Shown one piece after another: positions 17,656 through 30,673 of a DNA stretch of 64,000 nucleotides; position 1 is the stretch's first letter, and the number at the start of each line of letters is the position of its first letter. The stretch comes from an uncultured Gemmatimonadales bacterium (GTDB taxonomy: Bacteria; Gemmatimonadota; Gemmatimonadetes; Longimicrobiales; Gaopeijiaceae), in the NCBI GenBank assembly GCA_963823035.1, contig CAWGKG010000014.1, positions 512,001 through 576,000 on the forward strand, written 5' to 3'. The notes beneath the pieces were generated by a model that saw only the letters and a list, made by a program, of their open reading frames with translations, made no database searches and was not told where the DNA came from. The position numbers and the translations under genes are program-made.

Positions 17656-20465
17656 CTCGCCCCCCCGAACAGCGCCCGCGCCGGCAGCGTCAGCTCCATG
17701 CCGAAGCGCCGACTGTCGTAGAAGCGCGGGTTCACGTCCACCTCGATGCTGTAGCCGCGGCGGTCCAGCGCGTTGAAGGCCCAGAACGAGAGTCTCCCCT
17801 CCAGCGGCAGGCTCTTGCTCACCTGGAAGCCCATCATCCAGTCCGCCGGCGTGCTCCGGATCTCCTTCACCAGCCCCGAGCGCGTCCGGCGCAGGTCCGA
17901 GTACTCCGCGTCCGTCCTCCGCTCCCGCGGCACCGGGACCAGCTCGGCATCCCGGGTCAGATAGCCACCCCACGAGAGCGTGTCCGTCTCGCCCTCGTCC
18001 CACACCCGGTCGCTGATGTTGTGCTGGACCCAGGCGGTGATGACCAGCCCGAGCTCCGGCTGCTGGTGGATGAGCCGGTAGTTGGCCAGCACGCTCCGCC
18101 CGTTGCGCACGCGCGCGTCCCAGTACGGGATGCGCTTCTGCGCCGGCGCGAGCTGGAAGTCCTGGTAGCGCGTCGCCCCGCCGAACTCCAGGTCGTGCTT
18201 GACCTGCTCGCTTTCCGTCCAGGCGGCCAGGACCTGCAAGCGCGTCCGTAGCGCGCGGATCTCGGGGAAGAGCGCCGTGACCTCCACGCCCCGCGTGGCG
18301 ATGTCGGTGTTGTTCGTCGGGCGCTCGACGAGGATCGGCACCGTGTCCGCGCCGATGGGTGGCTCCAGGACGTGCGGCGGCTGGCCCGGGGCGGTCGGTT
18401 CCAACGCGAAGCGGTCACGGAGCAGGTACGACGGTTCGGGATGGAGCCCCACGGCCCCACGGATCTTCTCGCGGTACGCCACCACGCTCACCGCCGAGCC
18501 CCCGAGCCCGATCTCGGCGCCCACCTCCGCCTTGTTCGACACCGAGAAGCCCAGCTCCGGGTTCGTCGGGTCTTCGATGAACGTCGTCAGCACCGCCAGG
18601 CGCTCCGCCGGGTCGTTGGTGTAGTGGTTGACGTTCACCAGGTCGTAGTAGTCCGGCGCGGGATAGAGCATCCCCAGGGGCGGCGTCTTCGCGACGCGCC
18701 CCCACCCCGCCCGGAGCCGGAGCCACCGCGTCATCCCCAGCTCGGCGTTGACGCGCGGCTCGAGCACCACGTCCCGGGCGCCGCTCGCCCACGTGCCGCC
18801 GTCGTGGAGCACGTCCAGCCGCGCTCCGGCCTGCACGCGCAGGAGCCGGTCGCCGGGCAGCGTCCGGCTCAGCCGGTCGTCCACGTAGAGCGCGGTGGTG
18901 GCCAGCGCCGGGATCTCGTCGAAGGGGCGCGGCCGCTGGAACCCGTCTACGCCGTTGAAGCTGACCTGCGGGGGACGGTCCAGCGCGAAGGTATAGCCCG
19001 GCCCCGCGTTCCACTCGCGCCGGAGCTCCGCCCCCGCCCTCAGCTCGTGGTCGAAGCCCAGGCGGCTCGCCGTCGTCTCCCCCTCCATCCGGCCGAAGAG
19101 CAGCCAGGGCCGGCCCTCCAGGTCGAGCTGCGAGAGGTACGAGCCCGCGATGAAGCGCCCCGTGGCGCGACCCTCGGTGAGCCGGTCCGTGAACGGCATC
19201 GCGCCGCTGGACTTGAGCTCCTGGAAGTAGGAGCGCTGGTCCTGGCGCTGCGCCGAGAGCGTGAGGCTCAGCCGGCCCGCGTCGCCGACGCGGAGCCGCG
19301 TCCGGTTGGAGAGCCGGATGCCTCGGTCGCGGTTCCACGACGTGTACTGGTTCGCCTCCTCCTCCCGGAGCGCCCGGTCCTCGCGGATCTGGTAGAGGTC
19401 GAGGCGCGTGTCCATGAGGAGCCGCGGCTCGCCCCCGTCGTCCGCCTCGCCCACCTCCGCCCGGTGGGCGAGCTGGAGGTTGAAGCGCGTCGCCGCGTCG
19501 TCGGTGATGCCCGGCGACACCAGGTAGCGCGTCACGTCCAGGGCGGCCGTCCCCGTCTGGTCCCCGAACACGCGGCGCCCGCCCACCGTGCTCACGTTCA
19601 CCGTCCGCGAGTCGAACTGGGATCCGATGTCCGGGTCCACCACGCCCGCCCGCGTCTCCACGACGATGGCGCCCTGCGTCAGGTCGCCGTAGCGCGCCGA
19701 GGGCACGCCCCGGATCACCTCCACCCGCTCGATGGTGGACGCGGGCAGCCGGCTCAGGTCGATCCCGCCCGACGCGGTGCCCAGCAGTCCCACCACGCCC
19801 GACGGCGCCGATTGCAGGTTGGCGTTGTTCGACAGCGGCACCCCGTCCAGGATGATCGCCGTCCCGAACGCCGCCAGCGCGCGGCCTTCCAGGCTCGTGG
19901 TCGCCGCCGAGCGGAGCGCGACCTGCTGTCCACTCTGAAGACCCGGCGCCGTAACGCTCACCCCTGGAATCAGGCTCAATACGTTGGCCAGCGACGTGGT
20001 GGGTTGGTGCGCCACCGCCTCCCGGCCGATGACGCTCGCCGTCCCCAGCTCGCCCTCCGCGCGCCCGGCGGGGTCCGCCGTCACCAGGATCCCCTCGATC
20101 TGGAGCGCCGTGGAGGCCAGCGTCAGGTCCTGCCCCAGCGAACCGTTCGTCGGCACCGTCACCGGCACCCGCGTCGGCGCGTAGCCGATGAGCTCCGCGC
20201 GCAGGATCTGCGGCCCCGCGGGCACGCGCAGGAGACGGTACACGCCCGCGCTGTCCGTGAGCGCGCGCAGCGTCGTGCCCTCCACGGCGACCACCACGTC
20301 CGGCAGAGGACGACCTGACACCGCATCCGTCACGCGGCCGATGACCAGGGAGGTGCCACCCGTGGGTTGCTGCGCGGCGGCGGAGGGTGGGAGCAGCGTC
20401 GAGGCCACCAGGGCCACCGTCAGCGCCACCCGCGGGAGGCCCCTGGACGCCGTAGGCGCCCTCAC
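17652..20465 (-). CDS. TonB-dependent receptor with N-terminal carboxypeptidase-regulatory-like domain
   Basis: GRVTDAVSGRPL; plug motifs LDGVPLSNNANLQ and IERVEVIRGVPSARYGDLTQGAI; FNALD; FGMELTL. Confidence 0.9.
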   Translation of the reverse strand: MRAPTASRGLPRVALTVALVASTLLPPSAAAQQPTGGTSLVIGRVTDAVSGRPLPDVVVAVEGTTLRALTDSAGVYRLLRVPAGPQILRAELIGYAPTRVPVTVPTNGSLGQDLTLASTALQIEGILVTADPAGRAEGELGTASVIGREAVAHQPTTSLANVLSLIPGVSVTAPGLQSGQQVALRSAATTSLEGRALAAFGTAIILDGVPLSNNANLQSAPSGVVGLLGTASGGIDLSRLPASTIERVEVIRGVPSARYGDLTQGAIVVETRAGVVDPDIGSQFDSRTVNVSTVGGRRVFGDQTGTAALDVTRYLVSPGITDDAATRFNLQLAHRAEVGEADDGGEPRLLMDTRLDLYQIREDRALREEEANQYTSWNRDRGIRLSNRTRLRVGDAGRLSLTLSAQRQDQRSYFQELKSSGAMPFTDRLTEGRATGRFIAGSYLSQLDLEGRPWLLFGRMEGETTASRLGFDHELRAGAELRREWNAGPGYTFALDRPPQVSFNGVDGFQRPRPFDEIPALATTALYVDDRLSRTLPGDRLLRVQAGARLDVLHDGGTWASGARDVVLEPRVNAELGMTRWLRLRAGWGRVAKTPPLGMLYPAPDYYDLVNVNHYTNDPAERLAVLTTFIEDPTNPELGFSVSNKAEVGAEIGLGGSAVSVVAYREKIRGAVGLHPEPSYLLRDRFALEPTAPGQPPHVLEPPIGADTVPILVERPTNNTDIATRGVEVTALFPEIRALRTRLQVLAAWTESEQVKHDLEFGGATRYQDFQLAPAQKRIPYWDARVRNGRSVLANYRLIHQQPELGLVITAWVQHNISDRVWDEGETDTLSWGGYLTRDAELVPVPRERRTDAEYSDLRRTRSGLVKEIRSTPADWMMGFQVSKSLPLEGRLSFWAFNALDRRGYSIEVDVNPRFYDSRRFGMELTLPARALFGGAR

Positions 20466-21708
20466 GGGATCCTCCCCGGAGACCGCTCACGGATCTCCCA
20501 GTCCGCCGCGCTCACGCCCGTGCGCTGGAGCGTGCCGTCGGGAAGGACCTTACGCTGCGCGGCGAGTAGGTGGGCGTCGGGGCGGTACTTCTCATACGGG
20601 ACAACGAAGCCCCCCAAGGCGTCCAGGGAAGGGTCGACGATGTTGCCGCAAAGGCTGGAGTGGGTGGGCTGGAGATAGATCTCGGCCTGCATCTGAGCCA
20701 GATCGAGGATGCGCTCCTTCGGGAAGAGCGCGAAGGTGCCCTGCAGGTTCTGCGTCTTCTCCAGCGCGTCCACATCCACGTCATCCGCCACGAAAGGCAC
20801 GTAATGCAGGAGCCCCATCACGGCGCCAGCGGGCAACACGCGCAGCGCGATGGGAAGCATCGTCGGCACGGCCGGGTTCATGGCCCGGTCTTCCCAGGAG
20901 AACTGGAAGTCCGCGTGGCTCATGTCGGGTAGCCCCGGAAAGATCGCCGAGTGGTCGATCGCCTGCTCGGCGATTACGACCACACCGCCGGGCGTGAGGG
21001 GATGGTCGCGGCCGGTGCCAGGAAATTGCTGGAAGGATTGCGCCCAGACGCCTCTTGGGTCATTCCGCCACGGCGACGTCACCGAGCACGGCCAGGCCGG
21101 GGAGTCGATGCCGTATTGAAAGCCGGTCCCGATGATCTTCCCGTCGAGATAGATCGTCGTGTCCGCGTCGTTGCGGAGTTCCACATACCAATGGTGATCG
21201 TAGGCCGTCCAGTTCACGAGTTCGGACGCAGGGTCGTGATAGTAGAACTCGCTGATCACGAGCGAACCGCGCTCCTGGCCGCGGACCGGGACCTGCTCCG
21301 TGGACCCACGCTTCAGCCGCACGAGCCGGCCGCCGGCAACGACAGCCGGTGCGCCTGCGGTTGGCGCATCGAAGCGCTTCTCGACCCAGACCCAGTATCG
21401 AGCCGACGGCAGATCCGGAAGCTCCAGCACACCGTCTTCGTCCGTGACGAAGGACTGAACCTCGACCCGCTCGTCACGGCGGATTGCACCATCGCGTCAG
21501 GCACGCCGGTGCCGGGCGCCCATCCGAGGCGCTCGGCCAGCGCCGGGTCGGTGACCACGACCTCCAGCGTGATGGCGTCGCCCGTGACCGCCTGCTCGGG
21601 CTGGAGGAGGATCACGTTGGCGTCGCAGGCGGCGGCGAGAACCATGGCCGCGACGCCCGCGAGCGCCGCGCGTCCGCGGTAATGCCGACGTCCGATGGCC
21701 TTTCTCAT
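20462..21708 (-). CDS. DUF4876-like lipoprotein, copy 2 (frameshift ~21484)
   Basis: Lipobox LAAAC; LVISEFYY, YVELRNDADTTIYLDG, AIDH, ADFQF; one missing A restores VQIRRD, matching copy 1 VHIRRD. Confidence 0.7.
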
Positions 21709-22922
21709 GGGATCCTCCCCGGAGACCGCTCCCGGATCTCCCAGTCCGCCGCGCTCACACCCGTGCGTTGGAGCGTGCCGTCGGGAAGGACCTTCCGCTG
21801 GGCGGCGAGGAGGTGGGCGTCGGGGCGGAGGGTGGAATACGGGCTCGCGAAGGCGGCGAGTGCATCCAGGGACGGATCCACGATGTTGCCACAGAGCGTC
21901 GAGCCCCTCGTGGGCTGCAGGTAGTACTCGTCGTACATCTCGGCCACGTCCAGAAGGTGCTCCTTCGGGAAGAGCGCGAAGGTGCCCTGGAGGTTCTGGG
22001 TCTTTTCCAGCGAGGCGACATCCAACGCGTCTGCGACGAACGGTGCGTACGCGAGGACGCCCATGACAGTGTTGGTGGGGAAGAGCCGGAGATGGATGGG
22101 CAACATGAGCGGGACCGCCGGGTTCGTCGCCCGCCCCTCCCACGTGAACTGGAAGTCGGCGTTGCTCATGTCAGGCAAGCCGGGATAGATCGCCGAATGG
22201 TCGATCGCCTGCTCCGCGATCACCACCGTGGCCCAGGGAGCTACCGGGTAGTCGGTGCCGCTACCCGGAAAGGCCTGGAACGAAGTGGCCCACAGACCCC
22301 GCGGCTCGTTCCGCCACGGCGACGTCTCGCTGCAGGGCCACGAGGCCGCTTCGATCGGGTAGTTGAACCCGTTCCCGACGATCTTCCCGTCGAGGTAGAC
22401 CGTCGTGTCCGCGTCGTTGCGGAGCTCAATGTAGTACTGGTAGTTGTACTCGTTGTAGTTGAGCACCTCCGCGGCCGGCGAGTGGTAGTAGAACTCGCTG
22501 ATGACCAGGGAGCCGCGCTGCTGTCCACGGAGTTGGATCTCCTGCGTGGAGCCGCGACTGAGCCGGAGGAGGCGCCCACCCGCCAATACAGCGGGGGCGC
22601 CCGCCTGCGGCGCGTCGAGACGCTTCTCGACCCACACCCAATAGCGGGAGGACGGCAGTTCGGGGAGCTGGAGCACGCCCTCTTCGTCGGTCACGAAGGA
22701 CTGCTGGTCCCGCGTCTGGTCACGCCGGATGTGCACCGTCGCTTCGGGTACGCCGGTGCCGGGCGACCACCCGAGGCGTTCGGCGAGTGCCGGGTCGGTG
22801 ACCTTGACCTCCAGCGTGATGGCGTCGCCCGTGACCGCCTGCTCGGGCTGGAGGAGGATCACGTTGGCGTCGCAGGCGGCGGCGAGGAGCGCGAGGCCGA
22901 ACCCCAGGAATGTGCGACGCAT
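21705..22922 (-). CDS. DUF4876-like lipoprotein, copy 1
   Basis: Lipobox LAAAC; LVISEFYY, YIELRNDADTTVYLDG, AEQAIDH, DMSNADFQF. Confidence 0.75.
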   Translation of the reverse strand: MRRTFLGFGLALLAAACDANVILLQPEQAVTGDAITLEVKVTDPALAERLGWSPGTGVPEATVHIRRDQTRDQQSFVTDEEGVLQLPELPSSRYWVWVEKRLDAPQAGAPAVLAGGRLLRLSRGSTQEIQLRGQQRGSLVISEFYYHSPAAEVLNYNEYNYQYYIELRNDADTTVYLDGKIVGNGFNYPIEAASWPCSETSPWRNEPRGLWATSFQAFPGSGTDYPVAPWATVVIAEQAIDHSAIYPGLPDMSNADFQFTWEGRATNPAVPLMLPIHLRLFPTNTVMGVLAYAPFVADALDVASLEKTQNLQGTFALFPKEHLLDVAEMYDEYYLQPTRGSTLCGNIVDPSLDALAAFASPYSTLRPDAHLLAAQRKVLPDGTLQRTGVSAADWEIRERSPGRIP

Positions 22923-23069
22923 CGCGGGCCGCCGGGCGCTCAGCGATTCAGCGGGGGGGGGGGGGACACTCCATCATGGGCGGCTCTCTTCGGCAGGACG
23001 TACGGCGAAGAGGGAGGGATCCTCCCAACATGAGGGAGGCGGGTGCGCCCGGGCAAGGCGAGCGGGCAG

Positions 23070-23102
23070 CCCCGGGGTGCCAATCGGAAGTGGCACCCGG
23101 GG
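23070..23102 (-). terminator. GC-rich hairpin just downstream of the displaced thiC 3' end
   Basis: CCCCGGGGTGCCA-atcggaag-TGGCACCCGGGG. Confidence 0.5.
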
Positions 23103-23114
23103 CGTGCCGTCGCG

Positions 23115-23674
<560 letters not shown>

Positions 23675-23677
23675 GGC

Positions 23678-23911
23678 CTACTTCGCCAGTTCGCGAAACA
23701 CCCCGTCGTATTCCGCCATGATCTCCTCGTGCGCTCGCGTCGCCTCCGTGAGATCCTCCGAATGCGGAACGACGCGGAACCCCCCGAGCCCGTCCTCGAT
23801 CCAGTCCAGACGCTGTCCGGGGGGAATCCCCAGGCGCCGGACCACCTCTGCAGGCACGGTGGTCACCAGGGAGGCCCCCTGGGCTCGTGTGGTGCTCGAA
23901 AGCGTGGACAT
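23678..23911 (-). CDS. AbrB/MazE-family antitoxin
   Basis: QGASLVTTVPAEVVRRLGIPPGQRLDW; C-terminal YDGVFRELAK; 3 nt upstream of the Doc gene. Confidence 0.85.
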   Translation of the reverse strand: MSTLSSTTRAQGASLVTTVPAEVVRRLGIPPGQRLDWIEDGLGGFRVVPHSEDLTEATRAHEEIMAEYDGVFRELAK

Positions 23912-23923
23912 CGGCCTCTCCAG

Positions 23924-23949
23924 GATAGTGCCACAATAGTTACACTATC
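23924..23949. promoter_or_regulatory. Inverted repeat upstream of the antitoxin (TA operator candidate)
   Basis: GATAGTG-N12-CACTATC in an AT-rich patch. Confidence 0.6.
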
Positions 23950-23985
23950 AATCTACCCATCTTCGGAGACGCGTCCACCCCCTCA

Positions 23986-25809
<1,824 letters not shown>

Positions 25810-25875
25810 TCACGCGGGCGGGGCGGGCACGGCAGCGAACCAGGGGAGGAGAAGCCATCGAGGCCTCTCTTCGCC

Positions 25876-25984
25876 GCGCTCCCTCCGCCGGTCTCAACCG
25901 GATCAGGTTCCAAGGGTCTTTCTCAATCCCGGGTTCGTCGGCGTTGTCGCGGTCACCGATACGCCCCGGGATGCCCCTGGCGGC
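25876..25984 (-). ncRNA. TPP riboswitch
   Basis: CAGGGG...TTGAGAAAGACCCTTGGAACCTGATCCGGTTGAGACCGGCGGAGGGA upstream of thiC. Confidence 0.92.
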
Positions 25985-26115
25985 TTCGGGAAGCTAGCGG
26001 CGACGGCCCGACGTACAAAAGGGGCGGCCGGGCGCCGAGGACCGGGCGATTGACAGTACAGGGCGTCGTGATCACTCTCAGCCCTCGAGGACTCACCCCC
26101 CGGGAGACCTTTCGT

Positions 26116-27965
26116 TTGAGCCTCTGGGCCGAAGTCAAGCAGCGCCGCATCACACAGATCGTCCTCACCTACCTGGCCGGTGGGTGGATGGCGCTCGCCG
26201 TCGTCGACCAGGTGGTCGACCGCGAGGTGCTCCCGCCCGTAGCGTACCGCGTCGCCCTCACGCTCTACCTCTTCGGTGCGGTCGTCGCCCTCATCGTCGG
26301 CTGGTACCACGGGGAGAAGGGGCACCAGAAGGCGTCTCCGACCGAGCTCACACTCCTGGCGCTGGTCGCGCTCGTGGGCCTGGGGATGAGCGCACGCATC
26401 GTCGTCTCCGACGTACGCGCCGCGGGCGCGGCGCGGCGGGTGCAGTCGCTCGCCGACAACTCGTCGATGAACCTGCGCCGCATCGGCGTGCTCTACTTCC
26501 AGGACCAGTCGCCCGACAGCTCGCTGACGCCGGTGGCCGACGCGCTCACCGAAGGCCTGATCACGGCCCTCTCCCAGGTGCGCGAGCTGGACGTCGTGTC
26601 GCGCAACGGCTCGCAGAGCGTGCGTGGACTCGGCGCGGAGCCGGACAGCGCCGCCAGGGTGCTCGGCACCGGGACCATCATCGACGGGAGCGTCCGCGAG
26701 TCGGACGGCTCCTTGAGCGTCACCGTCGAGCTCATCGACGGGCAGAGCGGTACGTCGATCGATCGCAATACCTACGCCTGGCCCATGGATTCGCTCGTGT
26801 CCGTAGGCGATCGGCTGGCCGACGAGGTGTCCAAGTCGCTGCGCGGCCTGCTCGGTGACGAGATCAGGGTGCGCGAAGGCCGGCGCCGGGCGCCGAGCAC
26901 GGCGGCATGGATCCAACTCGCCCGCGGCCAGAAATCCCTCTCCGACGCCTCCGCGGCCCTGTCCCGCGACGATGGCGCCGGGGCGGCCCGCGCTTTCGGG
27001 GCCGCGGACGATGCGTTCGCCAAGGCCGAGGCCATGGACGTCGGCCGGCGTTGGCCGGAGCCCGTGATCCTGCGCGGGCGGGTGGCGTACGAGAGCCTCC
27101 CCCTGGCCGAGAGCGCCGACGAGGCCTCGTCGATGCTCTCGAACGCCGTGTCCCTCGCCGACTCGGCGCTCGCGCTCGAGCCGAACGAAGCGGCAGCCCT
27201 CGAGCTGCGCGGCACCGCCAGCTATCGGCGATGGCTCTCCCGCTTCGACGCCGATCCGGCGACGCTCGACCGCCTCCTCACCGGCGCGCGCGCGGACCTC
27301 GAGCAAGCGGTGAAGCTCGAGCCGGACCGCGCGAGCGCCTACAGCACGCTCAGCCATCTCTACTACCAGGTGGGTGAGCCCGCGCTCGCCGTGATCGCCG
27401 CCCAGCGCGCCTACGAGGAGGACGCCTTCCTGTCGGTGGCGGACGGCGTGCTCTGGCGCCTCTACTCGGCGTCCTACGACCTGGAGGCCTACGACCAGGC
27501 TCGCGATTGGTGCGACGAGGGGCGCCGTCGCTTTCCTGACAACTTCCGCTTCGTCCAGTGTCAGCTCTTTCTCATGACCATGCCGGCCGCCCAGCCCGAC
27601 GTGGGCCGGGCGTGGGCGCTCTACCGGGAGCTCGTGCCCCTGCTGCCGGAAGGCCAGAAGACGTTCCTGGATGCGCAGGCGCAGACGGTGGTCGGGGGGA
27701 TCATCGGTCGGGGGGGCTGCCCGACAGCGCCAATGCGGTCATGACCCGGGCGCGCCTGACGCCGGACCAGGACCCCGAGGCCGAACTCACCTCCATCGAG
27801 GCGGCCATGCGGGCGCTGATGGGCGACGCGGAAGGCTCGATCCGGCTTCTCCAACGTTACGTGGTGCTGAATCCCGGCCATTTCGGGGGACGCGCGGGCC
27901 TCAGCTGGTGGTGGCGCAGCCTGCAGGGCAATCCCGACTTCGAGCGGATCCGCGCGATGCGTTGA
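26116..27965 (+). CDS. Membrane protein with TolB-N-like domain and TPR repeats (frameshift ~27715)
   Basis: LWAEVKQRRITQ..YLAGGW, WYHGEKG TMs; IGVLYFQDQS, ALTEGLITALSQV..LDVVSRN; TPR helices; indel in a G run. Confidence 0.75.
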
Positions 27966-28084
27966 CGCGCATCGGTTCCAGCGTCGCCGCTTGACGGCAT
28001 GCGGAGAATGCAATATTGATATCTCGTTCGACGATTCCGATATTCGGCGTCGCTCTGCTGCCCCCCCACGGAGCCCCCCCGCCC

Positions 28085-30187
28085 ATGCGCTATTCGCGCA
28101 CGCCCCTATATCTCGTCTGTTCGTTGTTGGCTGCATCCTGTACCGGCGACAAGGTCCTCCAGCCCGGACGCGACCGTTCCCACCCTCCCGCCTCCTTCCT
28201 TCGAAGCTCGTGGACGGGAGCACCGGGGGCGAACTCCGGCTTCTACTTCCTCCCACCGCTCGTCAGCAACCCGACGCACGTCCGGGACGTTCAACGCCGA
28301 CCTCCTCCCCGCGATGGACGTCTGCCTCCTGGACGCGTCGGACTCGGCGTGCGCGGCGACGCAGCCGGCCGAACCTCCCGTCCTGGCCGGCGGGAACGGT
28401 CGTGGTCGCGGAGAGCAAGTACAGGTCGTTGGGACACGGACGACCCGCAGTGGAGCGCCCTCGACCCGAGCCGGAACTACCGGATCACGCGTGCGCGTCG
28501 GAGCCGTCGAGCTTGGACACATGGACGTGGACCCGAGGCCCACGGACCCAAACGGGAGCACGCACGACGACGGACGGACTACGGCCGGGACGGGTCTACG
28601 CCTTCGAATCGGAGAGACCGCTCCCGATGAAGTTCTGGATCGGCGCGGGAGCCCTCTGCGACCCGAGCGGGGACCCGCGGTCATCGAGTGCGCCGAGCAG
28701 GCGATCATCGACGAGACCGGCGGGACCGTGCGGCTCACCGAGCCGGGAGACATCCTCGCCGTGACCATCGTGCCGAACAGCCTCCCGGGCGGCGATCCCA
28801 TCACGCTCGTCCTGGAGCGGCTCGACAGGGCGCTCCTGGGTGAGCCGTGCCTCCCGGGGCTCGACGCACCTCAGTACGGGCCCTGCTTCCGCATCCGCGC
28901 GCTGGGGCTCGCGGGCGCCCTGATCCACCCGGCCATCGTATCCATCTGCGCGGACATCTGCCACGTTCGCGCTCCCCGCGGGCCAGGACGCGTGCAGATC
29001 CACCGCTTCTCGGACGACGGCTCGATCTACGGCCTGGCGAACACGTCGACCATGGAGTGCGCCGAGTGGTGGGCTGCTGCGCGTGCCCGAGCGCGGGCCT
29101 GATGCGCTACGCCGCGCTGGGCGTGAACGCGCTGGCGCGTCTGGTCGGGCCGCGAGCCGCTCAGCGCGGCGCACCTCGGCCTCGGCGGCCTCACGTCCTC
29201 GTTCAGCCGCTTCCGCTGGGCCCTGCCCGGCGAGATGGCCGTGGTCGAGGGCGACGGCATACGCCTCCTCGAGGCCCGGACCCGGGCCGATCCCGGCCAC
29301 GATCGAGGTCAGGACGGTGAGGAGGGCTGGCCGTCGAGGGAGCGACTGTCCACTTCGAGACGTCGGACGGGCACGCTGAGCGCTGCCAGCGCCGTGACGG
29401 GGCGGACGGACTCGCCTCGGTCCTCTGGAACCTGGACGACCTGCCCCCCGGCCCGCACACGCTCGTCGCGTATGCCACCGGATTGTGGGAGGAGCTTCCC
29501 GGGCACACGACCGGCTTCCTGGTGGACCGACGCGAGCTGACGCTGACGGCCACGACATGCGCCGGCGGTTACGGCACTCCGACGGTCGACGGGAGCTTCG
29601 GAGGGGAGGAGTGGGGCTGTGCGCACAGCGCGCCCCTCACGGTGGACGTCGACGGCCATCCGACCCCGGTGGAGGTCTACTGGATGAACGACGCGACGAA
29701 CCTGTACCTGGCCGTACGCGTGCAGGACCCGACCTTCGCCACGCTGGGCAACAACCTCCGTTTCGATTTCGACAACGACGGCCTGGGCACACGCGACCCG
29801 GGGGACGACGCGATCGCCTACGAGATCGGGTACGGGTTCATCGACGAGCACCTGACGGCCCAGTGCATCGCCTCGGGATACGTGTGGTGCCAGTCCCTGG
29901 GCGAGGCATCCCAGGACGGCGCGGGCGCGGTCGGGAGCGACGCGACGTGGTCTACCTACGAGCTGTCGCATCCCCTCGTGGGCACGCGGCGGAGAGGACT
30001 TCTCCCGCTCGACCGGTCAGGAGCTGGGCTTCTTCCTGTCGCTACGCGTCGGCAACGACCTGCACATCAGTTCGTGGCCGGGGCTCGGGGTGTTCCAGAC
30101 GCTGACCATAGCGGGGTACTGACCCTCGTTCGGGGATGGGGCGTTCCCCGGGTCGGGAACGCCCGAGTCCCCTCTTGTGTTACATAG
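28085..30187 (+). pseudogene. Large secreted lipoprotein-like gene broken by many frameshifts, with a C-terminal CBM9-like domain
   Basis: LAASC lipobox; GFYFLPPLV; fragments spread over three frames; PTVDG..EW, YWMNDATNLYLAVRVQD, FDFDND. Confidence 0.5.
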
Positions 30188-30199
30188 TAAAATCGATAT
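30182..30199 (+). promoter_or_regulatory. AT-rich operator-like box upstream of trxA
   Basis: ACATAGTAAAATCGATAT, 16/18 identical to the box upstream of arsR (60700-60717, minus strand). Confidence 0.6.
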
Positions 30200-30257
30200 A
30201 TTACAATCTTCCAATCACTGATCCATAGACGGATCCGAGAACCGAGGCGAGAGCGAT

Positions 30258-30599
30258 ATGGCCGTGATCGAGGTAACCGACGCCAACTTCGAGGAAGAGG
30301 TGGCGAAGAGCGAAGGCGTGACGGTCGTGGACTTCTGGGCGCCGTGGTGCGGTCCGTGCCGCATGGTGGGCCCGGTCATCGAGGAGCTGTCCGAGGAGTA
30401 CGCGGGCAAGGTCCGGTTCGCGAAGGTCAACGTGGACGACAACCAGCAGACCGCCGGTGCGTTCGGCATCCGCTCCATCCCCACCATCGGCTTCTTCAAG
30501 GACGGAGAGCCCGTCGGTGGCGTGGTCGGCGCCTACCCCAAGGAGGCGCTCCAGCAGGTGATCGACGACGTTCTCTCGAACAAGGCCGAAACGGCCTGA
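30258..30599 (+). CDS. trxA: Thioredoxin
   Basis: DFWAPWCGPC, IRSIPT. Confidence 0.96.
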   Translation: MAVIEVTDANFEEEVAKSEGVTVVDFWAPWCGPCRMVGPVIEELSEEYAGKVRFAKVNVDDNQQTAGAFGIRSIPTIGFFKDGEPVGGVVGAYPKEALQQVIDDVLSNKAETA

Positions 30600-30673
30600 T
30601 CCTCCGTCGCGACCGCCTCGCCGCGGCCGCGTCCCGCCTTCGGGTGGGGCGCGGCCGCTCGCGTTTCGGAGGG

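Larger units (their letters stand above)
20462..22922. repeat. Tandem gene duplication, ~1.245-kb period
   Basis: 81-bp identical block at 21559-21639 and 22806-22886; near-identical 3' ends starting at 20462 and 21705. Confidence 0.9.

Noticed and set aside
20462..22922. Diversity-generating retroelement template/variable repeat pair
   Set aside because: Whole-gene duplication, differences not adenine-specific, and no reverse transcriptase in the window
22925..23110. Cobalamin riboswitch upstream of the TBDR operon
   Set aside because: No recognisable B12-box or conserved core; only a G tract and a hairpin
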